Made by a program: the position numbers and the translations under genes. The notes under the pieces are model-generated. The model saw only the letters and a list, made by a program, of their open reading frames with translations. It had not been told where the DNA came from and made no database searches. From NCBI GenBank assembly GCA_976551045.1, contig CDPCPM010000073.1, positions 38,502,001-38,566,000 on the forward strand: a DNA stretch of 64,000 nt. The letters run 5' to 3'. This document shows positions 10,636 through 24,282 of this stretch, in pieces. Positions within the stretch are counted from its first letter, which is position 1; each line of letters starts with the position of its first letter. The stretch comes from Glaucostegus cemiculus (taxonomy: Eukaryota).

Positions 10636-13216
10636 TCAAGATGTCACTGCACTTCAGCTTCAGGAACCAAGGGGGTCTAGTTGGGAAATATCCACCACTT
10701 GGGTACACAGCAGATTAACACCTGGAATCCAGCACGGAAACCTGTCTGGAATTGTGGAAGGCATGTTAGTTATCCTTGTGTTAATCTTCAATAACATTAG
10801 CAAGTCACCCATAAATAGCCCCTATGGAGACAACAACTGAGGTAATATTTCACGGGATTGACCTTTCATCAGAGCATCATGAAGGAAACTCTATAGTTGC
10901 TATAGGTCATTCATTAATATGTCATTAACCTGAAATGTCAACTTTGTTTTTCTCTCCATTTCCTGAGCATTTCCAGAACTTTATTTTTTCATTCCAGATT
11001 TATAGAATTTGAAGTATTTTGCTTTTGCTATTACACAGCTCCTATATCAAAGTAAAATGTACAACGTGCTTCACAGGACCATTAACAAACAAAGGCTGAC
11101 TGTAGTTCCTGTATGAAGATATGACAGACCAAAATAGTAGATTCTGACGACCATCTCAAAGGAGGAGAAAGTGGCAACTCAGTTGATGGCCATTAAGGAT
11201 ACCAAATATTCATTACATTTTCATCATGTAGGATTAAGAATTCTGACTGGCTAACTTTGCAGACAATTGCTCCATATACTTACTATAAATAATTATGTGC
11301 ACTGTTTTTACTCAGCTGTTAGTCCATTTTATTTTTAAAAAAGCAGGTCAATACCACCAGATTGCCACTGTAATCTTGAGCATGTTATATGCTCTTACAT
11401 AAAGCTTCATAATGGCTTATTTTATAGTTAGCATTATTGTATTTCTTTAGAGCTCTGCAGGCACCACAACATTAACAAATTAAATTTCATGAGATAACTC
11501 AAACCTTAATCAGTTTGAGAAGAGTTCAATATTTTGGTTTTCAGGTCAATTTTTTTCCTTGCATAGTAATTACTGCCTGTCTAGACTTTGGACATTTTTT
11601 TCAGTCCTGAGTCTTCCTGGCAAATTTCAAAAGACCTAAGATAATTATACATCTCCCCTATAAATCTTTGACTTTCCAGAGAAGTAATGTTCTATAATTT
11701 GCAACATAAACAAAGCAACCATTATTGTAAAAGACCTACTATAGAATTTTTAACTTTAGTGTGATTGTGTTGTCTCTGTATTGTGAAATAGTAGTTACGT
11801 GACTGAACCAGTAACCCAGAGCATTTGAACTCCATTTAAAATCTGTAAATAAAATTGTACCTAACAGAAAAAATGACCATGAACCTGAAACATCGTTGTC
11901 AAAACCCAACTGGTTTACTAATGTTCTTCAGAGAAGGAAACCTACCCTTCCCTGGTCTGCGATATCATTTCCTCACTAAGGTGGTTGACTTTCGTGCCCT
12001 CTTAACTAAACCACTAAACTGTTCAGTTCTTTCGAACTTCTGCTGATTCACAAAAATGATTCACCACACTTCCTGAGAGCAACTAGAAGGAGAATAAATA
12101 CCAGACTTGTCTAGAATCAATAAAAGAAAGATATATTTCTCTGCTTGAAACTGTGGTTTTTGACTCTTGGGTATTCAGTTGATGTACCATTAGTGTTCTG
12201 TAGTAGAGATGAGTTCCAAATGGAAGTATCACGTAACAGTCTAACGTCCCTTTGCAAATGTGAAAGGAAAGCACTGTTATGTTAATCTTAGACTAGGATA
12301 AGCTTTGTATTCTGTTCAATTTTACTATATTGTCTATTCCCAGTATTCACCATTGGCCATAGTTCTAGTGTCGGCTTTATGAAAATATATAAAATTAATC
12401 CTGGGCTGCTGGGTTTCTCAGGAGATGGCCCATGGTTTGCTTGTCCTGACATGGTTGGTTGCATAGAAGCCCCATGCTTTCATCAGAGTGCTGCCAAGAT
12501 GGATGACAGATACCTCCCCATGATGGTCACCTCCTAGGAGGTCAAACCCATTGACTGCTCTATAAACAAACTAAGCTGGCAGCTACAGGTCCTCCCCAGG
12601 TTTCAAACACCCGATTTATGTACAGCCTGTATGTACAGACAAGCATTTGGGAAATCGATGAAATGGATTTCCTGGCTGCTGAGAGGCTGCAGGCATCTTC
12701 AGGATCCGCACAGTTCACAGGAATGGAACTCTGAGGGAAGCTGGGGAGGATGTGTACAAGGAGATCTGAAGCCTGTATGTATGTAGGGTGCTCATAACAT
12801 AATCTCAAGTGACAAACAGCGTAAATGCAAATTTTAGGTGATTTTATTTTGGTTAGGTATGGTATTTTATATTGATAAGGCTTTTATATTCATTCGGGCC
12901 TTCTATCTGAGGGATACAATGGGTGCTCTATTTTTATGGAAATGGAGTCTTATTCTCATGGCGAATTTCTATAATACTTTTCACTATCTCATGAGAGAGA
13001 TCCCAAAGTACTTTAGCCAATGGTGAAGACTTTTATCTGTTTAAGGCTGCTAGCCATAGCATTATTAATGCATATTTGATGGATTCTGCATAGTTATATT
13101 TTATATCAAGCATCATCTGCAGATGAGAGATCCCATTATGTCTTGACCATGCTTCAATACTATCTGTATAACTCCAGCTTTCATTAACACAATTTTCCGA
13201 TCCCTCTTTATTTCAG

Positions 13217-13598
13217 AGGTAAAGCGTGCACCACCTCCTGTGTCCCCTAAACCGATTCTACCTCCCCCTCTGACTCCACCCAAGCCCATCAAACCCCACA
13301 CTATTCTTCAGTCCCTAAGTGCTGGTCCAACTCCAGTCCCTTCTCCCGCCAAGCAACCAACTATCAAGGCAGCAAGTACACCAGCATCCCTGTGCTCAAG
13401 CCCAGCTAAACCGATTGCTGCTGGCCCACCACAACAGGTCCCGGTTAAACCACCAAGGTCTTCGATATCCGGGCCATCCGTAGAGATGGCCACAACAGAT
13501 GTAGCACAAATGAAGCTCGAGGAAACCAGCGCATCACTGGCAGCCGCTTTACAGGCCGTGGAGGAGAAGATTAAGCACGACGAGGGGCAGGAGGCAGA
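13217..13598 (+). CDS. CASKIN1: CASKIN1 penultimate coding exon
   Basis: Acceptor tttatttcag|AG, phase 1 matching the previous exon. Reads [13 protein letters not shown]...[21 protein letters not shown]. Donor GA|gtaagt. Confidence 0.95.
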
Positions 13599-13674
13599 GT
13601 AAGTCTGTTGATTTAGTTATGCTTTGTGCATTGAGCATGCTGAGGTTGACTGGATTTTCTATGGTTCAAAAGAA

Positions 13675-13975
13675 GGAAGACTCCCCCTACTGTTCCCATC
13701 TGCCCTCCTCACCTCCCTTATTTGATTCCATGCTCCACCTTCCTTTCCTATCAGATTCCATCATCTGCAGCCCTTTGTTGCCTCCACCTATCTGCTCCCA
13801 GCCTCTGTCACTACTTCCACTCTTCCCTCCTCCATCTGCCTATCACCCCTACCCACCTGGATCCATACTGGCTATCTCCCCTCTATCTTTCAGTCCAGAT
13901 TAAACATCAACTATTCCCTGCCCTCCACAGATGCTGCCTGACTTGCTGAGTCCCTCCAGCAATTTTTTTTGTTGC
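13675..13975 (+). mobile_element. Penelope-like terminal fragment
   Basis: Pyrimidine-rich tract followed by ccctccacagatgctgcctgacttgctgag. Related copies at ~20845-21090(-), 22585-23040(+), 29965-30295(+), 36505-36640(-), 42150-42292(-), 43040-43140(+), 45572-45670(-), 46200-46320(+). Confidence 0.6.
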
Positions 13976-14339
13976 TCAAAACATATCCCATCGTAAAAGT
14001 CCTACGTGAAAGCATGTTGAGCAGAACCAATCGAGATTTTAATAGCTGTAAACAACAGACTGCACATTATTTCCCTCTGTACATACTTTTAGCATGGCAA
14101 TAACATACCATGGTACTTCACAGGAGTGCATCAAACAAAGAAATTCATGCCAAGTCACACTGAGGTGATCAAAAGCTTGGTTTTAAGAAGCATCTTAATA
14201 GAGGAAAGAAAGATACCAAGTAAAAGCAAACTCTCAGTTTTTAAATTGAGTACATTTATAAATATTGTACACATTTATGCAGCAGAAATTGCCTGCCTTG
14301 CTAATTTTTCTAAATATCAGTCCTTGTAGAAATGAAGCA

Positions 14340-14565
14340 AAAGCAAAACACAGATGGAGGAACTCAGCAATTCAGGTAGATTCTATGGAGGAAAATGGAG
14401 GATGTTTCAGGTCGAGACCCTTCATATGGACTGAAAGAATGAAGGGTTTTGAACCGAAGCATCAACTGTCCATTTCCCTCCATAGATGCTGCCTGACCCG
14501 CAGAGTTCCTACAGCAGTTTGTTTTTGCTCCATATTTCAGCATCTGCAGTCTCTTGTGTCTCTCA
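14340..14565. repeat. Fold-back pair of Penelope-like termini
   Basis: Two arms of the same motif in inverted orientation with a short spacer. Confidence 0.7.
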
Positions 14566-14601
14566 TAGAAATGAAACTTGGAATGTATTTTCTCTCGCCA
14601 G

Positions 14602-14698
14602 GACCGCCTCTGAGGTGAAGAGCACAGGCAGCATTCTGGATGACATCGGCAGTATGTTTGATGACTTGGCTGATCAGCTGGATGCCATGTTGGAATGA
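14602..14698 (+). CDS. CASKIN1: CASKIN1 last coding exon
   Basis: Acceptor tctctcgccag|G, phase 2 matches. Encodes [31 protein letters not shown], the characteristic Caskin-1 C-terminus. Confidence 0.96.
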
Positions 14699-15269
14699 AG
14701 GAAAAGAAGGAAGATGGCAGGAAAACCTCAGGACTCAATGTGGGCACAATGATCTTTGAAATCCTACCCAGACCAGTCTTGGACACAATCTCCCTTCATG
14801 AACTCATTTGATTTTGTTTTGGTTTGCACAATTCACCAAACAAAAAAAGTTTATATTACCTCAGGATCTGACTGTGTGAAGATCTGTGAAATCACTGTCA
14901 TCATCTTTCAAGGAAAAAATGAAGTCTCAAGATTTGGATTTGAAGCTGAAACAGAGATGGGAGGTTGAACTGTTTCAATATCGATCTGAGATCTTGCAAA
15001 TGTGAAAATGTCTAATCTCCTAAAGTTAAAGTTAAAAAAAGTGTGCTAATGCAAGATCTAATATATGTACACTGTAAGCATGAGAAATAAGATAGGTTTG
15101 TAACACATCCATCACAGACGATGGAAACTTAAACAAGTGCACAAGGACTTGGTTGAATTGTGGCTTTAAATTTCAAGTCATTTTTCCCCTTGGGTACAAG
15201 GCCAGTGACAGAAACAGGTGGGATTTAAACTGGCCTGTTTATAATACTTTCTGATTAATAGATTAATGC

Positions 15270-15605
15270 AATGGTAGCATAATGGTTAAATTATTGGACA
15301 ATGTTTGACGGGAGGCACAAGTTCAAATCTCACCACAGCATCTAGGGAAGATGGAATTAAATAAAAATCAAGTATCAGTAATGGTGATCATGAAACGATC
15401 TGATTGTCATAAAAGCCCATCTGGTTCACTGATCTCCATAAAGTACTGAAATCCCAGTCTGGGCTATGTGTTATTCCAGCCCTCCATCAATGTGATTGAC
15501 TCGTAACCACCCACTTAATGACCCAGAAACTCATTCAGTTCAGAGACTTCTAGGGATGGGCAATAACTATTGGCCATGCCAGCTGAGCCAGTGAATGAAT
15601 AAATT
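15270..15605 (+). mobile_element. Old tRNA-derived SINE (family not named); second copy at ~11790-12125
   Basis: A/B-box-like head (tggtagcataatggtt, gttcaaatc), shared core aaa(g/a)ccca(t/a)ctggtt(c/t)act, tail tagggatgggcaataa. Confidence 0.55.
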
Positions 15606-18600
15606 TAAAAATATGTATTTGTTAGTTTTGCCAATTAAGTGACACAAAAGTTTAAAACAGAATGCAGTAGCTTCTGTGGGGAGAGAAACCCAGTTAACGT
15701 TTCAGACTTTTTGTGAGATTTGATGTGGATGATTGAGTGACTAGTGACAGAAATACTAGCATTTCCATATTTACTTTCATGACCCCAGGCCAACACAAAG
15801 TCCTCTACACCCAATGAAATGCTTTTGGAAGCCTAGTCACTGTTGTAATGTGAGAACATTGTATCTATAAGGACATTTGATGAAGGATTAACACAATTGG
15901 TAAAGAAGGAATTATGGTTAAGAAGCAGATAGAGCTAGAGAGCTGCCTTGAATAAATAATTGCTAAGTACTACACCAGGACGCTACCGGATTTGATATTT
16001 GTTTCTGGATTTGGAAGCTGTATTCATTTGGCTTAGAGCCCCCAGAAAGCAGAACTATTTGGTCAAATTTCCCACTCCTCATCTCTGTCCAATGTCTCCT
16101 ATTGGCAAATCCCCTTGCAATAGCCTTGAGGACACATTCATTGCCACAGATGATTACTTTGCACCATTCATTGTATGGGGTCACAAGCGGACAGTGATTA
16201 CTTAGATGGGTGGCAGAGAATATTTGAGCAACAGTCAGGCAGCAGCACTTTCCAGAAGGAATTCACAAATGAAAACACACTGATCAAGAAATACAAAGAA
16301 AATCTCTCAAATAAATAAAAAAATACTGCCCATCTGTAGAGAAAAATTAGAAATTTGCATTTATATATCACCTTTCATGGAATCAAATCATCTTGAAGCA
16401 TTTTACAGCCAATGCAATACTTTTTGAAGAATGGTCACTGTTGTTGCAAATGTGGCAGTCAATTTGCGTTCGGCAAGACCCACAAACAGCAGTATGATAA
16501 TGACCAGATAATCAGTTTCTAAATGGCCATTAGTTTGGGGAGAACTTCCCTGCTTCTTCAAAATTGTGCCATTTATAATCAGCCTTTGAGAGCAGATTGG
16601 ATCTCACCTCTGTCTAGTGCAATACTCCCCCAATATATCCCAGAGATTGTCAGCCTGTCTATTTATGTAATGCATATTTTATTTAGGGGTGGTTGGTTTG
16701 GTGAAGAAGTTAAGCCAGAATAAAATGTCTAAATAAAGTATATAAAATATCTTGAAATCATCTCATTGGAATTCAAAAATTAATTTAAGGTCAATATGAA
16801 AAGAAGGTGAAAGCTAATTTTCAGTGTCAGAAGGTAAAAAGGCATTTTGACAAAAGTACCTGACAAATCTTTTTCCCACAGAAATAGTGAGGCACAAGTG
16901 GGAAAGAATAATGCAACAGCACTCAAGGATCTTTGAATAAAGTAGTTTCAGAGTTAGAATCAGGCTTAGGTCAGCAGATTGGCACTGAGCATTGGTCAAT
17001 CCTTTGCACCCAGTCCAGTAAATTATGGAATCCAACGTCTCATTACCTTTTTTGTTCATGATTTTTCTACATTTGGGTTTAATGAGGAATGATTTTGATT
17101 TCTTCCTCTGTATGTTTGCAACACACCCGAACAATGCTGTCATTAACTAGGTAACTCCATCTCTCAGCTATATTAGACTAGGTTAACTAATATCAAACTG
17201 GATTCATTACAATTGCTCCAAGCCAGGTTGGGAGGGTGCATTTTTTCATTCTGAACAGTTTGGATTCCTTCCTCCTCTCATAGAATTATGACAATCACAC
17301 GCAAGCTTGGAATTTATCGAGGAGATGGTGGCCTGCCACCACAATCTGTGTGATGAAGAACATGAGATTTTGAAGCAGGAGTAGGCCATATGATATTCCC
17401 ACAGTGCTGTTGGACAGGGAGATGTATTGCTGTGCATGTGCAGAGTGGTTTAACTGGCAGCAGAACTTTAAGGAAAGGGCTTGCATCGATGTAGCACCTT
17501 TTGCCTCCTCAGAATGCCCCAAAGTGTTTTGAATCTAAGTAATTATGTTTGGAATGTAGTTACTGGCATAATGTAGAAAACAAGGCAGCCAATTTGTAGA
17601 TAGTAAAGTCTCAGAAGCATCAGTAACATAAATAACCTGATAATGTACTTTTAGCTGTTGGATGAGGAAGAAGTCTTAACCAGGTTTTTAGGGAGATGTT
17701 TCCATTTTTTTTGCCATTAGATCTTTTACAGCCATCTGAGAGGACAGACAGTTTCTCAGGTTGGCATCCCATCAGATAGACAGCAGTTCAGACAGTGCTG
17801 TGCTCCCTCAGCACTGCAGTGCAATGATTGTCATCCTCGATTAGATCCTCTGGTCTGCAGAGTGGGATTGAAGCTGTGGCCGTCAGATACAGGCCATTTA
17901 GCCACAGGTGACGCATTGAGAAAAATGGCATCTGTTTCGGCGAAGCTGACTGAGAGATAAATATTGGCCAGAACATCAAGGAGAATAATCCCGCTCAGTT
18001 TCTAGATAGTGCCATGGAATCTATTGTGTCCAACTAAGAGAGCAGAAAGGGCCTCAGTTTAAAAGTTATCATTCTGGAAGTGCAGTGCGCCCTCACTATT
18101 GCCGTGGGAATATACCTGCTCCATCAGAAATATCCATTGAGAATAATGGCTTTCTCTGGGCATAGATTCCATGCCCAAAACAGTTCAAACCCCATTTGTT
18201 CAACATTCTTACTGCTGGCCTCAGATGTTGCTGTCCTCTTTGAAATTGATGGGGCTCATCCAGTAAAGTAGGTTATATGTTGTTAATGTTGGTTACAGGG
18301 AGAGGTTTTCAAGCTCTACTACTGCCAGAGAAACTGTATTGCCAAAGTTCCAGATGGCTTTGGTTCGCCAAGGCAGAAGATATGAGTTCATCCACTATCC
18401 ATTAGTATATAAAGCTTTATTAAAAAAAGATTTTAACTGGTTGTTTTTGATAAATTCAGATCGTATACTTGACATGCATTTATGACTTTCAAGCTGTTGT
18501 TCAATATATATGAAGTTGTTAGATTCACTAGGTCATAACATAACCCATCCAAAAAAGGTGCTTTTGTTATAGTCTCCTCTGTTTTTGCCAGGAGCCCCCT

Positions 18601-20568
18601 GTTGCACAAATTCCAACAGTTCAAGGTCCTAAAGAGCTGAGGAGCACCTCGTATTTTTACACACTGACGTAATGTCATGTCATCAGGCCACCACTGTATC
18701 ACTGTAGGTACTTGTAATGAGATGCCTGTGGTAGAAGTAATTTCGCATTAATCTGTACAATCAGTCTAGCAAGGAAATGACGTGAAGCTCTAAAGAATGG
18801 CCCGTCAGTTTCTAGATTTCCCCATGTTCTGAGTTCACTCCCTTGTGTGCTGGTATCTGTTTATTTTACATCTCTAACAATATGACAGGTTAAAATGGAG
18901 TCACACAAGGCTTGTTACATAGTGCTTTTCTTTTGCTTCCAACATATTTACAGATCAGACGTGCCAAGTGGATGTGCTTAGATTTAAATCATTTGCCTTC
19001 GTCTTATTGGTTGAGATTGTCAGATTAACTTTCCATGTGGCCTGAATGGGTCTAAGTGTCTTGTCTGGTCTGTTTTCACACCGAGTGGTTCAGAGTGGAG
19101 ACTATGAACAATGCAAAACTCAAGGCAGAGCAGTATGCAGTCAGTTATTGCCATTCCCCACCTTAAAGTGTTAAGTACAAGTAGAACATTATATATAATA
19201 TATATTGTGTATATATATATATGTTATAAACACAAACACACACATTACTTAAGTTCCCTGGTTGGGATGTAGGCTCAAAGATCCCAAAGGGCTTTAGCAC
19301 AGGTTCTAGTTGCACCAGCTGGTAAGGCTATGTGGAAGCTTAAAGATTTTCAACCAGATATGCCAGTTCCAGATGTGCATCTTCTGCCTCCCTGTGGCAA
19401 GAATTACACATTACAAAAAAAGAAATCCATATCTATAAAAGTGTAAAAGTGTGCACAATAGAAGTTATAAAGTGAATTGTTGGGCTTTCTGAAAATCCAC
19501 ATCACTTTCCTTTTAAGAAAAAATAAGAAATATTTAAAATACTTGTGAATGCTCCTGTTCACAGATGAGAGATTTTACTGACCCAAAATTCTATATTAAA
19601 TTATATATTAAGATGATTTACTCTAGCACAAGCTGAAAGTAACACTCCTGTAAAATTCTACTTTATTTTGAAGCCATTTTTAAATAAAATATATATAAAT
19701 GATGTTTTTAAATTGTCATTTTAATTTTGTTGATTATTTTTCTTTTGGTGTTTTTAATGTTAAAGCAGAACATTGTATGCATTTTTTTAAATGAACAATA
19801 ACGTGCCTTGTTTACGTTGAAGATTTTGTTTGTTAATTGCTTTATGATATTGAGTTGTATTTTGAATTTTAGTTGTACGGGTGTTCGGGTAGAACACGCC
19901 TACTGTAATAACAAATGTACAAACGGTGTATAAAGTCTGGGGTAATGCCTGAATTACAATGAATGCGTCTGCCTGTGGTTTGAAAAAACAGTGTCAATTG
20001 TAATTCTCGGATTTGAGCTATTAATTGTCTTATATTGTGTCCAATGACCCAGTGTGTTTGTCAAAGTTTTGAAATTTCTTCAAAGCCTGAAAAATTGCCG
20101 ATGTAAATTGTAAAAAAAAAGTAACAAAAAATTTAGAAATCCCATAAAAATTGTATGACTGTTATATTTTTATTAAGTTATGAAACTGTATTGTATTTCC
20201 ATTATGTAAAGCTATGCATCTTGACGCTTCATGCTATTCCGTGCGCTACTGAAAGTGATTAATGTTGTTGGGTGTGTCGTGGTGTTCGAAGAGGATTCCA
20301 TTTCTTGTTGGTTTCACCTGCAAGAAGCAACATCGATCTTACAGAAAGTTAGAAGGAGAGACATTCGTCCACTCAATGTATTCTGGGAACCTGGTTTATT
20401 TTTATCTTGTAAAAAAAAGGGACTTATGTTTTCAATGGATTTCCTCAAGTGGGCTGGTTGCAAAATGTGTTCATCCTGTTGACTCTGCCAATGACTGTAT
20501 CATAACCATCATGACAGGCATGTGGCAGTGTTGTGCTTGACTGATTGCATTTACTGCCATTGGCTCTA

Positions 20569-20574
20569 AATAAA
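20569..20574 (+). terminator. Candidate CASKIN1 polyadenylation signal
   Basis: AATAAA at the end of the AU-rich block. Confidence 0.5.
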
Positions 20575-21120
20575 TGTTAAAAGGGCACTCTGTCTAACTT
20601 CTTCCCTTCATTTATAAAAAAAATCTTTAACTTGGATAAATGTCTTTTGTGAATGCAGCAAAGGTTCTCTAGATTTGATTCCTGATAATGAGGTGTTTGT
20701 CCTTTGAAGAGATCACATAAGATCGACCTGCATACTCTGACATTTAAAAGGATGAGACATGATCTAATAAAGATGTACAAAATTCTGAGAGGGAGCAACA
20801 GGATAGGTGTTGTTTCCACCAGCTACAGAGTTTATGAGCCATCGAGAGACACAAGGGACTGCAGATGCTAGAATCTGGAGCAAAAAACAAACTGCTGGAG
20901 GAACTCAGTGGGTCGAGCAGCATCTGTGGGGTGTGTGTGGGGAGGAAGGAATTGTCAACGTTTCGGGTTGAGACTCAGCATCAGGATTGAGAGTGGAGAG
21001 GGGAGTAGCTGGTATAAAGAAGAGAGGGGGAGGGCGGAGATTGGGTCAGTAGATGATAGGTGGACCAAGGATGGGTGAGGGATAAGCCAACAGTTCTGAT
21101 GCAAGATAAGGGGGTTCCCA

Positions 21121-21400
21121 TTTATGAGATCTTTATTAGTCACATATACATTGAAACACACAGTGAAATGCACCCTTTGCGTAGAGTGTTCTGAGGGCAG
21201 CCTGCAAGTATCACCATGCTTCCGGTGCCAACATAGCATGCCCACGACTTCCTAACCCGTACATCTTTGGAATGTGGGAGGAAACCGGAGCACCCGGAGG
21301 AAACCCACGCAGACACGGGGAGAACGTACAAACTCCTTACAGACAGCAGCCAGAATTGAACCCAGGTTGCTGGCGCTGTAATAGCATTACACTAACTGCT
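21121..21400 (-). mobile_element. tRNA-derived V-SINE
   Basis: Same family as 22151-22441. Confidence 0.85.
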
Positions 21401-22150
21401 AGAGAGGAGAAGAAAACCTTTCACTTGGAGAACTGTTCATTTTGGAATCTTTACCTCAAAAGGACGGTCATTAAATATGTTCAAAGCTCAGACTGAGACA
21501 TTTTTGTTACAAAGGGAATCAAGGATATGGGGATCATTTGGGAAAACTGACTTAAGGCAGAGATTCAACCATGAATACTGCATGGAGGAGCAGACCTGAG
21601 GAAGAACATGGCCCACTCCTGCTTCTGTAACCTTTCCTCATGCTTCAGAAAGCTTTTACCAAAAGCAGATAGCCAGTGGAGACAGATTTAAGATGATTGG
21701 TTAAAAAAAGACAAACACTACACATTTTCACATGATAAAGCAGTCAGGATTTGGAATCACAGCCTGGTTAGGCTATGGCTACTGATTCTCTCATTACCTT
21801 CAAAATGAATTTGGATAAATACTTGATTAAGAGAAAGTGCAGGCCAATGAGACAAAATGGAGCCAGTGGATTTTCTTCCCTGTTGTACTGTTCTTAAAGC
21901 AGATGATGTGCCTGTCCTCAAGCTGGAACCCTTCATAGACATGAAGCTCAAAAAGTTCACTTGATGCTGAGAAACAACCAACAAAACTGACAGAATTACA
22001 AGCAGAAACATTGGAATACAAGTCAGAGGAACTTGCGATAAGGCCTGCCCTGGTTACAGCTGGAGAAGTCGGTCCATTCTCATTGCCAAAAAGCAAGGAG
22101 GAAAACTAAATACAGGGAGCACTGCAATAATGAACCACAAGGCTAATCTC

Positions 22151-22441
22151 AGTAGCATAGTGGTTAGCACAATGCTTTACAGCACCAGTGACCTGGGTTC
22201 AATTCCGGCCACTGCCTGTAAGGAGTTTGTACGTTCTCCCCGTGTCTGCGTGGGTTTCCTCCGGGTGCTCCGGTTTCTTCCCACATTCCAAAGACGTACG
22301 GGTTAGGAAGTTGTGGGCATGCTATGTTGGTGCAGGAAGCGTGGCGACACTTGCGGGCTGCACCCCAGAACACTCTACACAAAAGATGCATTTCACTGTG
22401 TGTTTCGATATACATGTGACTAATGAGGATATCTTATCTTA
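22151..22441 (+). mobile_element. tRNA-derived V-SINE
   Basis: A box gtagcatagtggttagc, B box gggttcaattcc, V-domain, tail ...gtgactaatgaggatatcttatctt. Confidence 0.88.
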
Positions 22442-23765
22442 AAAGGAAGCATCTAACAAGTGCTCGTGGAGAAGGATGGAAGATCATTCTGGACATGGGA
22501 AAGGTAAATCCAGAATTTAATTTGGAGTCAGAAGAGGCTGCAGTTGCTGAGATCTGGAGCAAAAGACAAGAGCTGGAGGAACCCACTCCCCACCTCCCCA
22601 GCTTCTATCACTCAGTTTCTTTCCCCCTCCTCCACCTACTCCATATGCCCATCACCCACACAGACTGGGTACCCTACCCCCTCCCCCTACACTCCCACCT
22701 GCCCATCATATCTCCCTTATTTGTTAACCCTTTGCCTTCCTTTTTGGATTCCATCAACTGCAATGCTTTGTCACCTTCACCTATCACCTCCCAGCCTCTG
22801 TCGCTATTTCCACCCCTCCCCCCCCGCACCTGACTCCATCTGCCAATCAACCCCTCCTCACCTGGATCCACCTATTGCTTGCCTGCTCCTACCCCACCCC
22901 TCCCGCCTCCCCCGTCCCATCTCCCCTCTACTCTTTCAGTCCAGGTGAAGGCTCTCGACCTAAAACATCGAGTGTGCACTTCCCTTCCACGGATGCTGCC
23001 TGACCTGCTGGGTTCCTCCAGCTCTCGTCTTTTGCTCCAGAATTTAATTTTGGTGTTTCTTGTGAACCTTTACCTCCAACAAGGACATGAGTTTCAAACA
23101 CTTGGAAACATCACTGCTTGCAAATCCCCCTCCAAGCTTCATGCCATCCTGACTGGGAAATAATACGTCACTGGGACTGCAGCTCGCCTTCACCTTCCCA
23201 AGGAGGACTGGGATGGACAAGGAAAACTGCCGACAATCCCCATGTCCCACCACTGAATAAAAAGAATAATTTTGCAGGTCGTTGTATCAAACCTGAGTGA
23301 AAGTAATAACGAGTTTAGCACTTGAGTTTTGATGAAAAGTATGAAAAATATGAAAATCGATTCACAGAACAAATAACGCAAGAGATTATAGCAGGAAGAA
23401 GCCAACCATTCCCTTGAGCTGCTCTACCATTCAATAAGTCTGTGGCCAGTCTTCTATCCCAACATTATTTTTCTGCTCTACTCCTGTACCTTTTGATTCC
23501 TATAATATTCAGAGATCTTTCAATACCAGTTTTGAATGCAGTCAATGACTGAACTGCCACAGCTGTCCAGGATAAAGAATTCAAAACACCCTCAAGTGAA
23601 GAATTTCTTACTCGTTTCAATTCCAAGTGGCCTACCCTCCTATTCAGAGACTCTGTCTCCTGGTTCAAGACTCTTTAACCAGGGGAAACATTCTCCCGGT
23701 ATCCATGCTGTCAAGCGCACTAAGTATTTTATATGTTTCGATGAAGATCCACCATCTCAGGAACC

Positions 23766-23962
23766 ATCTGCGTGGGTTTCCTCCGGGTGCTCCCGTTTCC
23801 TGCCACATTCCAAAGACATACGTGTTAGGAAGTTGTGGGCGTGCTATGTTGGCGCCGGAAGCGTGGTGATGCTTTCGGGCTGCCCCCTGAACACTCTACG
23901 CAAAAGATGCATTTCACTGTGTGTTTTGATGTACATGTAACTAATAAAGAGATCTTATGTTA
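23766..23962 (+). mobile_element. 5'-truncated V-SINE inserted in a minus-strand CR1 fragment (~23375-24075)
   Basis: V-domain 3' half and tail, with CR1 sequence on both sides. Confidence 0.8.
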
Positions 23963-24282
23963 TGGATCTCACTGCACTCCCTCTGTGGCAAGTACATCTT
24001 GTTTTCATTAGGAGGACCAATGTAGTATATAATACCCCAATTATGGCCCCACTAAGACCCTATACAGTTGTATAATTGCCTATGTTAAAAGTGTGAGATA
24101 AAATATACCTGACTAAAACAAATGTACTTCATACGTTACCATGGTAACAGTTTTCACATACACTGCCATCTGGTGAATTCTGCATGTACTATCATTACAA
24201 CAGCCTCAGAGTGAGTACTGAATGACATTTATTCCTCTTGCCACAGCTGCATGCCAAAATCAATCTGTAACTAAAAGCGAAA

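Larger units (their letters stand above)
14699..20595 (+). other. CASKIN1: Putative long CASKIN1 3' UTR
   Basis: Lacks young LINE/V-SINE insertions. AU-rich distal block ends with AATAAA at 20569-20574, after which repeat density rises sharply. End point is inferred; earlier AATAAA hexamers exist. Confidence 0.5.

Noticed and set aside
22151-22225. tRNA genes at A/B-box sequences
   Set aside because: They are SINE heads continuing into V-domain and tail, with no full cloverleaf or T-run terminator
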